From: an uncultured Candidatus Saccharibacteria bacterium
GTDB lineage: Bacteria > Patescibacteriota > Minisyncoccia > UBA6257 > UBA9933
Assembly (NCBI GenBank): GCA_964453135.1
Contig: CAYVOL010000006.1
Coordinates: forward strand, 1-55,387
DNA: 55,387 nucleotides
Direction: 5' to 3'
Under the pieces are notes generated by a model. It was not told where the DNA came from. It saw only the letters and a list, made by a program, of their open reading frames with translations, and searched no databases. The position numbers and the translations under genes were made by a program. Shown here piece after piece: positions 48,214 to 55,387 of this stretch; position 1 is the stretch's first letter, and every line of letters begins with the position of its first letter.

Positions 48214-49854
48214 ATGATTGATGTTGCTTTTATCAGCAATGCCACACTTATATTAATCAGCGCCTTGGGCGTTGGCTTGGCGTTATTAGTTTACTTTTCC
48301 GGCAGAAAAGAAAAAATTAACCGCGGGTTTACTCTAATGGTAATCACAATTCTCTCCTGGGTTGTTTTTTACCATTTTGCCACCCTATCAACTTACTATA
48401 ACTTCTCTTTGATACTTTTTAAATTAGCAACTAGTTCTGTTTTTTTATTTTTTATTATTTATTATTTTTTTATTATTAAATGGTTTTTAGAGAAAGATAG
48501 TCTATTCACGCTGTTAGGGAAACTGATTCTAATATATGGAACTATTTTTAGTTTGCTTACAATTTTCACAAATTATGTCCTAGTGAATCTAGTACATTAT
48601 GGTTGGGGAGTTGTTCCCATATTTTCTTCATGGGGTTGGTTTATTTTTTACGGCTACGTCATTTCTCTCACCATACTCATTAACGCCCTACTCGTGGCAA
48701 ATTATTTTCCGTCTCCGGAAGAAAAAAAACAAAAGATTAAATATTTCCTGATTGGACTTTTCCTTTTTGCCGGATTAAATTTTATTTTTAATGTCGTATT
48801 GCAGGTCTTCTTTAACATTTATAAACTTTATCAATTAGGCAACTATTCCGTCATATTTCTCATCGGTTTTACCGCTTACGCCATTGTCAAAAACCAGCTT
48901 TTTAACATTAAGGTTATTGCCGCGGAAATATTAACTTTCATAATCTGGACGGCGATTCTGGTTCAGTTATTCACGGCTAACAATATAAACGACAGAATTC
49001 TGGATGCCGGATTATTTTTATTTGTCGTTATCTTTGGAATTTTCCTTATCTACTCAGTCAAAAAAGAAATAGAACAACGGGAGCAGTTAGACCGCATCAG
49101 CAAATATAAAAGCGAACTCATTTCCATTGTGTCGCATCAGCTGAAAAATCCTTTGGCCATCATTAAAGGATACGCCTCTCTGGTGGGAGACGAAACCATC
49201 AAAGAGCCGTCAAAAATAAGAGAAGCTTACAAGAAAATCCAGTTTGCCGTGGATAAACTGGTGAATTTATTAAACAACCTGCTGGATTTGGGACATATTG
49301 AAGACGGAAAGATGCGCTATGAAATGGAAAACATTGACTTGAAAAAATTAGTGGCCGACGCGGTGGAAGATTTCCAGTTTCCCGCCGGCCGGAAAAATAT
49401 CACGCTTACTCTGAAAACGCCTGAGCAAGATATTTTTGTTAAATGCGACCCGTACAAATTAAGCCAGGTTTTTCGGAATTTGATTGACAATGCCCTTAAA
49501 TATACCGAAGCCGGCTGGGTGAAAGTGGTTGTGGCGCTTGCGGGAACGGAGATACTCAAACGATTAAACAGCGAAGATGGTCAGAAAACAGACGCGGCGA
49601 ATCCGCAAGAATATGTTTTAATAACAATTTCCGATTCGGGAAAAGGAATGAATAAAGAAACAATCGATGCCAAACTTTTCAAAAGGTTTTCGCGCAGTAC
49701 TACTGAAAAACAAATGATGGGTTCGGGACTGGGTCTTTATATCAGCAAGGAAATCATAGAAGGCCACGGAGGAAAAATTTGGGCCGAATCGCCGGGAGAA
49801 AGCAAGGGTTCTGTATTTTATGTGGCCTTGCCTTTTGTTAACGCTAAAATTTAA
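48214..49854 (+). CDS. sensor histidine kinase with large multi-TM (7TM-HK-like) input domain
   Basis: About 8-9 hydrophobic segments; H-box SHQLKNPL, N-box NLIDNALKY, DSGKGM, GSGLGL, GHGG. Confidence 0.93.
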   Translation: MIDVAFISNATLILISALGVGLALLVYFSGRKEKINRGFTLMVITILSWVVFYHFATLSTYYNFSLILFKLATSSVFLFFIIYYFFIIKWFLEKDSLFTLLGKLILIYGTIFSLLTIFTNYVLVNLVHYGWGVVPIFSSWGWFIFYGYVISLTILINALLVANYFPSPEEKKQKIKYFLIGLFLFAGLNFIFNVVLQVFFNIYKLYQLGNYSVIFLIGFTAYAIVKNQLFNIKVIAAEILTFIIWTAILVQLFTANNINDRILDAGLFLFVVIFGIFLIYSVKKEIEQREQLDRISKYKSELISIVSHQLKNPLAIIKGYASLVGDETIKEPSKIREAYKKIQFAVDKLVNLLNNLLDLGHIEDGKMRYEMENIDLKKLVADAVEDFQFPAGRKNITLTLKTPEQDIFVKCDPYKLSQVFRNLIDNALKYTEAGWVKVVVALAGTEILKRLNSEDGQKTDAANPQEYVLITISDSGKGMNKETIDAKLFKRFSRSTTEKQMMGSGLGLYISKEIIEGHGGKIWAESPGESKGSVFYVALPFVNAKI

Positions 49855-49871
49855 ATAAAACTATTTCTTGC

Positions 49872-49907
49872 GTCATTCCGAATTCGCCGTAGGCGAACGA
49901 GGAATCC
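49872..49907. repeat. REP/RPE-like palindromic element
   Basis: GTCATTCC-GAA-TTCGCCGTAGGCGAA-CGA-GGAATCC. Confidence 0.45.
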
Positions 49908-50051
49908 CGTATTATTAAAGCAAGGGTAAGAAGATTAATCGTCTTCCTGCCAAAGAGGCGGGAGGCTCTAGGAGACAAAAAAAGTGGGAGAATGTCGCCA
50001 TCCTCCCATAAAGAGTTCAGTTCAATCGCCAGTTTTAATCCGGGTTTTTGT

Positions 50052-50279
50052 TCACCCGGACAAAAGAGCGGTCCGCGCTGTTTTTTTAACAGCGCCAATG
50101 CCAATGATAGACGGTTTTTTCGGCGTCGCGCGTAGCTGATTACCGATAACTTGAAGCGGTATTGCCCTAATAACTCTTTTGCTTTTTCCGCAATGACCGC
50201 AATGCCAATATTCTTCTTCTTTCGCGCTTCCCACTTGGGTATCCCCGCAGATAAATGTCATCAGAAAAATCTCTGCCAT
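50052..50279 (-). CDS. small hypothetical protein with a CxxC motif
   Basis: AGGAGG SD before MAEIFL; HCGHCG. Confidence 0.55.
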   Translation of the reverse strand: MAEIFLMTFICGDTQVGSAKEEEYWHCGHCGKSKRVIRAIPLQVIGNQLRATPKKPSIIGIGAVKKTARTALLSG

Positions 50280-50322
50280 GTCTCCCTCCTGTTGTTTTAT
50301 TGCCAACGAGAAATTCGAGAAA

Positions 50323-50451
50323 TTAGCGGGAAATTAAAACAACAATCCAGTCCCAAGCGATTACCATTAGTCTGTGTCCGATGAGCGTTCCCATCCATAC
50401 AAAAGGCAGTCTCATCACCCATTCATCAAGTCTGTCTGGTTCTCGGCGCAT
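50323..50451 (-). CDS. 42-aa hydrophobic small protein (not in the ORF track)
   Basis: AAGGAGG SD; MRREPDRLDEWVMRLPFVWMGTLIGHRLMVIAWDWIVVLISR*. Confidence 0.45.
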   Translation of the reverse strand: MRREPDRLDEWVMRLPFVWMGTLIGHRLMVIAWDWIVVLISR

Positions 50452-50706
50452 CGCATCCTCCTTTTTTGTCAAAAGTTTTTGTATGCGATAGGTTTTGACA
50501 ACCGTCTGCGTCTATTTGCCTGCCGTTTATTTTCCTTGCGCGCTTTGCAACGAAAAAACCTTTTTTTAGTGCTTATTAATAATAACATATCCCTTGTATT
50601 TCTCTCAAGAAATATTATGATAATAATCAGCAAGCAATAATTGATGGCTTTGGCTATAATCGCATAACAACCGAAAGGCAATAAAAACATAAGGAGGTGA
50701 TGGTAA

Positions 50707-50880
50707 ATGAAGGAAAGGTGCGCGGGATGCGGAAACGAAACCACAACCTACGTTCGGCTTAAAAAAGCCGGTGCGTCAGGGAACAATCCCGAAAATGATT
50801 ATGTATCATTTTGTCTTTCCGGACATCGAGATGGGAAAAGCAGCTGTTGGGACAAATTCGTCAATGCCAAAGCGGCTTGA
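50707..50880 (+). CDS. 57-aa four-Cys small protein (not in the ORF track)
   Basis: AAGGAGGTGA SD; MKERCAGCG...SFCLSGHRDGKSSCWDKF...; terminator directly after the stop. Confidence 0.65.
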   Translation: MKERCAGCGNETTTYVRLKKAGASGNNPENDYVSFCLSGHRDGKSSCWDKFVNAKAA

Positions 50881-50908
50881 AAGGGGTGGTTCGCCAACCA
50901 CCCCTTTC
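50881..50908 (+). terminator. intrinsic terminator
   Basis: AAGGGGTGGTT-CGCC-AACCACCCCTT. Confidence 0.75.
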
Positions 50909-50976
50909 ATCTTACGCCAATTGATTCCGCCGAAATATTTTATTGGCGCTAATTAGTTAAATTTCCGACAAGTACA

Positions 50977-51768
50977 ATGAAAAAGTTAATTGTTTTTAAC
51001 TGGAAAATGGCGCCGCCTAATCTCAAAGAAGCGGAGGATGTTTTTAAGATTACGCGTGAAGGCGCAAGGACGACGCGGAAAGGAGTCGAGATCATAATAG
51101 CGCCGCCGTTTGTTTATTTATCCCAATTTACCAATTTATCCTCCGGCCGGCGGATTAAAAAAAATGTAAACTTAAAACTTGGGGCGCAAAATGTTTTTTG
51201 GGAAGACCCGCAAAAAGGAGGCGCGTTTACCGGGGAAATTTCTCCCTCCATGCTAAAAAATCTGGGAGTTGAATATGCGATAATTGGACATTCGGAACGC
51301 CGCAGAATTTTAGAAGAAACCGATGAAATAATAAATAAAAAGGTTTTGACTGCCTTGAGGGCGGGACTAAAAGTTATACTTTGTGTGGGGGAGTCGAAGC
51401 GAAAATCGCGCGATTCCGGAATGACAGAAGTCAAAGATTACATCAAAAAACAACTCCAAAAAAATCTGGAAAACATTTCTAAAGGCTATAAGCTAAAAAA
51501 TGAGAGTTTGATTATTGCCTATGAACCTATCTGGGCCATTGGCACCGGCGATTATTGCGACCCTGCCACTGCCTCCGATATGATTCAATTTATAAAACAT
51601 ATTTTAAATTCTACATTCCACATTCTAGATTCAAAAGTGTTGTACGGCGGTTCGGTTAACAGCCGCAATATTTCTGATTTTATCAGCCAACCGGAAATTG
51701 ACGGGGTTTTGGTAGGCGGCGCCAGCGTGGAGAAAAAAGAACTTAAAAAAATCTTCGCGGTTTTATAA
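50977..51768 (+). CDS. tpiA: triosephosphate isomerase
   Basis: NWKM, GAFTGEIS, GHSERR, AYEPIWAIGTG, YGGSV, LVGGAS. Confidence 0.98.
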   Translation: MKKLIVFNWKMAPPNLKEAEDVFKITREGARTTRKGVEIIIAPPFVYLSQFTNLSSGRRIKKNVNLKLGAQNVFWEDPQKGGAFTGEISPSMLKNLGVEYAIIGHSERRRILEETDEIINKKVLTALRAGLKVILCVGESKRKSRDSGMTEVKDYIKKQLQKNLENISKGYKLKNESLIIAYEPIWAIGTGDYCDPATASDMIQFIKHILNSTFHILDSKVLYGGSVNSRNISDFISQPEIDGVLVGGASVEKKELKKIFAVL

Positions 51769-51770
51769 CC

Positions 51771-52328
51771 ATGAATAATTTTGATGCTCAAATTTTTAAT
51801 TTCCTTCACGGCCTGACGGAAAGCCTGCCTATTCTGAATTGGTTTTATATTTTTGCGGCGGTTTACCTGCCCTACATTATAGCTGTGATTTTCGCTATTT
51901 TGCTCTGGCGGGAAAAAAGTACTAAAAAAAGATATTTTATTTTTTTGGCTGCGCTTTTGTCCGTTATTATCGCGCGGGGAATCTTAACCGAACTCATCAG
52001 ATATTTCTATCACCGGCCGCGCCCCTTTGTTGCTTTGCAATTCAATCCCTTATTGGAAATGTCTGGAACGGAATGGTCTTTCCCGTCCGGGCATATGACG
52101 TTTCTTTTTGCTTTTATTCCGGCTGTCTTTCAACTGAATAAAAAATGGGGGTGGATTCTTACCGGACTTTCTTTTTTGGTAGGGTTAGCCAGAGTCATAT
52201 CCGGAGTTCATTGGCCCACCGATATTTTAGTCGGAATAATTCTAGGAATTGCCAGTTTCTTTTTTGTAGAATATACATTGAAACTTCAATCCTTCGGCTG
52301 GCGGACAAATCTTAAACCTCAAAATTAA
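51771..52328 (+). CDS. PAP2 family phosphatase (BcrC-like undecaprenyl-PP phosphatase)
   Basis: RPRPF, SFPSGH, RVISGVHWPTDI. Confidence 0.9.
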   Translation: MNNFDAQIFNFLHGLTESLPILNWFYIFAAVYLPYIIAVIFAILLWREKSTKKRYFIFLAALLSVIIARGILTELIRYFYHRPRPFVALQFNPLLEMSGTEWSFPSGHMTFLFAFIPAVFQLNKKWGWILTGLSFLVGLARVISGVHWPTDILVGIILGIASFFFVEYTLKLQSFGWRTNLKPQN

Positions 52329-52359
52329 TACGGCTTCAATTATTATATTAGAAAGAGGA

Positions 52360-52387
52360 AAGCCCCGCGCCATAATAGCGGGGGCTT
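52360..52387. terminator. hairpin between convergent genes, related to the groEL terminator
   Basis: AAGCCCCGCGC-CATAATA-GCGGGGGCTT. Confidence 0.6.
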
Positions 52388-52394
52388 AAAGAAG

Positions 52395-52658
52395 TTAGGC
52401 TGCCTTGGTTTTGGTTTTTTTGGCTTTGGTAAGCAGGCGTTTTTCGGCAAAAGAAATTTCTTCCCTGATTAGCACCTCGGCTTTACTGACATTGGTTTCA
52501 TGAGCGGATACTTCCTTTATGATGTTAAAAATAGTATTCCACCCTGCGTCGTCAATATAAAATGATGTTGCCGATTCTGCCATTGAAGATATTTCCCGCC
52601 AGTCTTTGGGAATAGAATTTCCCTGCCAAATGCCCACTAAAAATCTTCTCAAAGCCAT
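52395..52658 (-). CDS. hypothetical protein (87 aa)
   Basis: AAGGAGGTGA SD before MALRRF; upstream TTGACA on the minus strand. Confidence 0.65.
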   Translation of the reverse strand: MALRRFLVGIWQGNSIPKDWREISSMAESATSFYIDDAGWNTIFNIIKEVSAHETNVSKAEVLIREEISFAEKRLLTKAKKTKTKAA

Positions 52659-52763
52659 TTTTCTCACCTCCTTTCTGTATTCAATTTGGCGGCTTACTAA
52701 AGAAATTTTGGTATATTTCCATGATTTGTCAATCCTTGCCGGAATCAGTCTTGATGCGGGGTG

Positions 52764-52791
52764 TTGACAAATTTTTTACCGCGATTATAAT
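52764..52791 (+). promoter_or_regulatory. consensus sigma70 promoter for the 23S rRNA gene
   Basis: TTGACA-16 nt-TATAAT; boxA/processing-stem-like GAACCTTGAAAAT at about 52918. Confidence 0.8.
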
Positions 52792-53324
52792 TCATTCATG
52801 CTGAAAATGAAGCAAAAGAAACGCGGATGATTTCGGCGAATTTCATATTGTCCGAATTTGTCCGCCGCGAGGCGGATTTTTCATCTAAAATCAGCAATCG
52901 CGATTCCCGAAATTCCAGAACCTTGAAAATGATTTTTATTGGGAAATAAAAATCTACATATAGGGTAATAAATAAGTAATTAAGTCAATTAGTACACCAA
53001 ATATTTGATTGATTCTCTAACTAAAAATTAGAGAAAAATTTAAGAGCGTATGGTGGATGCCTTGACATCAAACAGCGATGAAGGACGTGGCGTAGCTGCG
53101 ATAAGCTTCGGGGAGGTGCGTAGCAACCTTTGATCCGGAGATTTCCGAATGGGAAAACCCAATATCGTAAACCGATATTATCATGCCGCTCGACGGCATG
53201 AAGCATACCCGCTGAAGTGAAACATCTCAGTAAGCGGAGGAAAAGAAAATAAAGTCCCGCCTAGCGGGACATATTCCCCAAGTAGCGGCGAGTGAAAAGG
53301 GAAGAGCCCAAACCTGTGTACTTC

Positions 53325-53365
53325 GCACGCAGTTTATAAAGTCAATAACTTTATGGCTTGCGCGC
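53325..53365 (+). repeat. 23S insertion element, copy 1 (H15/H16 region)
   Basis: GCACGCAGTTTATAAAGT-CAATA-ACTTTATGGCTTGCGCGC. Confidence 0.8.
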
Positions 53366-53733
53366 GGAGCGCGCGGGGGTTGTAAGGCAGAAAAACTTTT
53401 AGCTGTTAGCTTCCCGATGGTTAAACATTGGGTGGCTAGTGGCTAAATAATTGGTTACAAATTTTTCTGTTAGCCGAATCAGCTGGAAAGCTGAATCAAA
53501 GAGGGTGAAAGTCCCGTAGGCGAAAACGGAAAAACCAATTTTTTTGTTCTTGAGTACCTCGATGACAGAATGCTTCGAGGGAATCCGCCGGTACTATCCG
53601 GCAAGGCTAAATATGTTTGATGATCGATAGTGAACTAGTACCGCGAGGGAAAGGTGAAAAGTAGGCCCATTAGGCCGTTGAAATAGAACCTGAAACCATA
53701 TGCTTACAAGGAATCGGAGCTCTAACGCGCTTC

Positions 53734-53814
53734 GCACGCAGTTTATAAAGTCCATAAAGTTATAAAGTTCATAAAGCGCTTTATAAAACTTCAAAAACTT
53801 TGTAGCTTGCGCGC
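53734..53814 (+). repeat. 23S insertion element, copy 2 (helix 25)
   Basis: Same termini as copy 1, expanded internal 8-9-nt ATAAAG/CTTT units. Confidence 0.82.
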
Positions 53815-54452
53815 GGAACGCGCAGAGTGACGATGTGCCTATTGAAGAATGAGCCAACGAGTTTAGGTAAATCGTTTGTCTAAATCCTACGGGATGGAGG
53901 CAAAGCGAAAGCGAGTGTTAATAGCGCGTATATAACGGTTTACCTAAGACCCGAAGCCAGATGAGCTTACCCTGGCCAGGATGAAGTCCCGAGAAATCGG
54001 GGCGGAGGTCCGAACCGATTGGTGGTGCAAAACCTTCGGATGAGCTGGGGTAAGGAGTGAAAAGCTAATCGAATCTGGTAATAGCTGGTTCTCTCCGAAA
54101 TAGTTTTAGGACTAGCGCCGTGGCGTAGCCGTGGGGGTAGAGCACTGGATGATTCGTAAAGGCCGAAAGGCCGACGAATCAATCAAACTCCGAATACCGC
54201 AGGCCATATTTCACTAGTCAGACTGTGGGGGCTAAGCTCCATGGTCAAAAGGGAAACAGCCCAAATCATCATCTAAGGCCCCTAAATGCGCGCTAAGTGT
54301 TAAAGGCAGTCGTAATCCATAGACAGATAGGAGGTTGGCTTAGAGGTAGCCATCCTTTAAAGAGTGTGTAACAACTCACTATTCGATGGCGAGTTGCGCC
54401 GAAAATATAGCGGGGCTAAGCAAGCTGCCGAAGACACGGGTGCGCGTGCACA

Positions 54453-54546
54453 GCACGCAGTTTATAAGGTTAAAAGTTTTTAAAGTTTATAAAGTCAAAA
54501 CGCATTTTATAAACTTATAAACTTACAAACTTTGTAGCTTGCGCGC
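54453..54546 (+). repeat. 23S insertion element, copy 3 (helix 45)
   Basis: GCACGCAGTTTATAAGGT...ACTTTGTAGCTTGCGCGC. Confidence 0.82.
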
Positions 54547-55228
54547 TTTGCGCGTGCGCGGTAGGAGAGCATTCTAAATGCGCTGAAGCTTCAGCCGCGA
54601 GGCGGAGTGGAGCGTTTAGAAGAGAGAATGTTGGCATGAGTAACCACAAGCCCGGTAAGAAACCGGGCCCCCGTAAACCCAAGGTTTCCTCCGCACTGGT
54701 AATCAACGGAGGGTGAGGCGATCCTAAGGCAATGGCGAAAGCCGCAGCTGAAGGGTAAGCGGTTAATAATCCGCGCCATCTATGCGGTGCGACGGAGCGA
54801 CGAAGGAAATAAAATCAAGTGTCTTAATGGTTTGACATTGCTGGCTCCAAGAATTGTTGCGCAGGAAAATCCGCGCAATGGCCGGAAACGGCGAAATTCG
54901 GGAGTCGGGAAAATCTCGTTTAATAGCGGGAAATTTGATTGAAGAGCCTTCCAAGAAAAACTTCTAAGCATAACCGTATAGATATCGTACCGGAAACCGA
55001 CACTGGTGGGTGAGGCGAGTAGCCTCAGGGGAACGAGTGATTTTTCCTTAAGGAACTCGGCAAAAAAGCGGCCGTAAGTTCGCAATAAGGCCTCCCCGCC
55101 GAATAGGCGGGGCGCAGCGAAAGAATCCCTGGCGACTGTTTAACAAAAACACAGCTCCCTGCGAACTCGAAAGAGGATGTATAGGGGGTGACACCTGACC
55201 GATGCGAGAAGGTTAACGGTGGCGGTGT

Positions 55229-55371
55229 GCGCATCACACTGCGTGTGATGCTAAATTTAAAATTCAAAAGTTAAAGGTCGAAATTTAGGAATTCCGACAA
55301 AGTCGGAAAACAATAATTTTGATTTTTGCATTTTGATTTTTGATTTTGAGCATCGTGCGAAGCGCGATGCG
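55229..55371 (+). repeat. about 140-nt hairpin insertion at helix 68 with 7-nt repeat arms
   Basis: GCGCATC...GATGCG ends; AAATTCA-type vs TTTTGAT-type arms; central TTCCGAC-AAA-GTCGGAA. Confidence 0.7.
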
Positions 55372-55387
55372 ATTGGGGGTTGTAAGA

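Larger units (their letters stand above)
53030..55387 (+). rRNA. rrl: 23S rRNA, 5' about two thirds, with multiple insertions; runs off the window
   Basis: GGTGGATGCCT, GAAACATCTCAGTA, AGTACCGCGAGGGAAAGG, GATAGCTGGTTCTC-like AATAGCTGGTTCTC, AAGGAACTCGGCAA, GACTGTTTAACAAAAACAC; 5' end approximate. Confidence 0.97.

Noticed and set aside
44526-50910. Prophage or integrative element at the tRNA cluster
   Set aside because: No integrase, transposase or phage structural gene, and I saw no duplicated tRNA 3' end (att site).
50771-50956. 61-aa ORF from the track
   Set aside because: Crosses the terminator; the SD-led 50707..50880 frame is more credible.
52352-52390. RNase P RNA (GAGGAAAG...)
   Set aside because: Lacks GAGGAAAGTCC and the other conserved regions; better explained as a terminator hairpin.
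53021-55267. Minus-strand ORFs within the 23S gene, or an intron-encoded homing endonuclease
   Set aside because: They are antisense to conserved rRNA. The inserts are under 150 nt with no LAGLIDADG/GIY-YIG ORF or recognisable group I core.

Overview
This is a 55.4-kb chromosomal segment from a reduced-genome bacterium, very likely CPR/Patescibacteria (Parcubacteria-like). The assignment is inferred from the missing rpmD (uL30) in the spc cluster, a 23S rRNA gene with no 16S upstream and many insertions, and core genes without Shine-Dalgarno (SD) sites. Core content: M16 peptidase, rpe, mraZ-rsmH-ftsL-ftsI, recG, uvrB, groES/EL, the rplC-to-map ribosomal cluster, greA, class I LysRS, mnmA, tyrS, sod, recR, dnaB, speD, tpiA, seven tRNAs and the 5' part of 23S rRNA. 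Most interesting signals: (1) a class I terpene-synthase-like gene (DDxxD plus NSE/DTE-like motif) directly followed by a multi-TM sensor histidine kinase behind tRNA-His, a candidate signal-synthase/receptor pair; (2) three related hairpin insertions with shared ends and variable repeat number at three different 23S helices; (3) dispersed 7-nt-period repeat arms and short TCCGCC-N4-GGCGGA palindromes found in spacers, the rRNA locus and, in frame, in housekeeping genes; (4) distinct leader types: SD-less core genes, an AAAGGTCG motif 22-29 nt upstream of four genes, and strong AGGAGG-type SDs almost only on small accessory cassettes. All calls were made by eye with no database searches.
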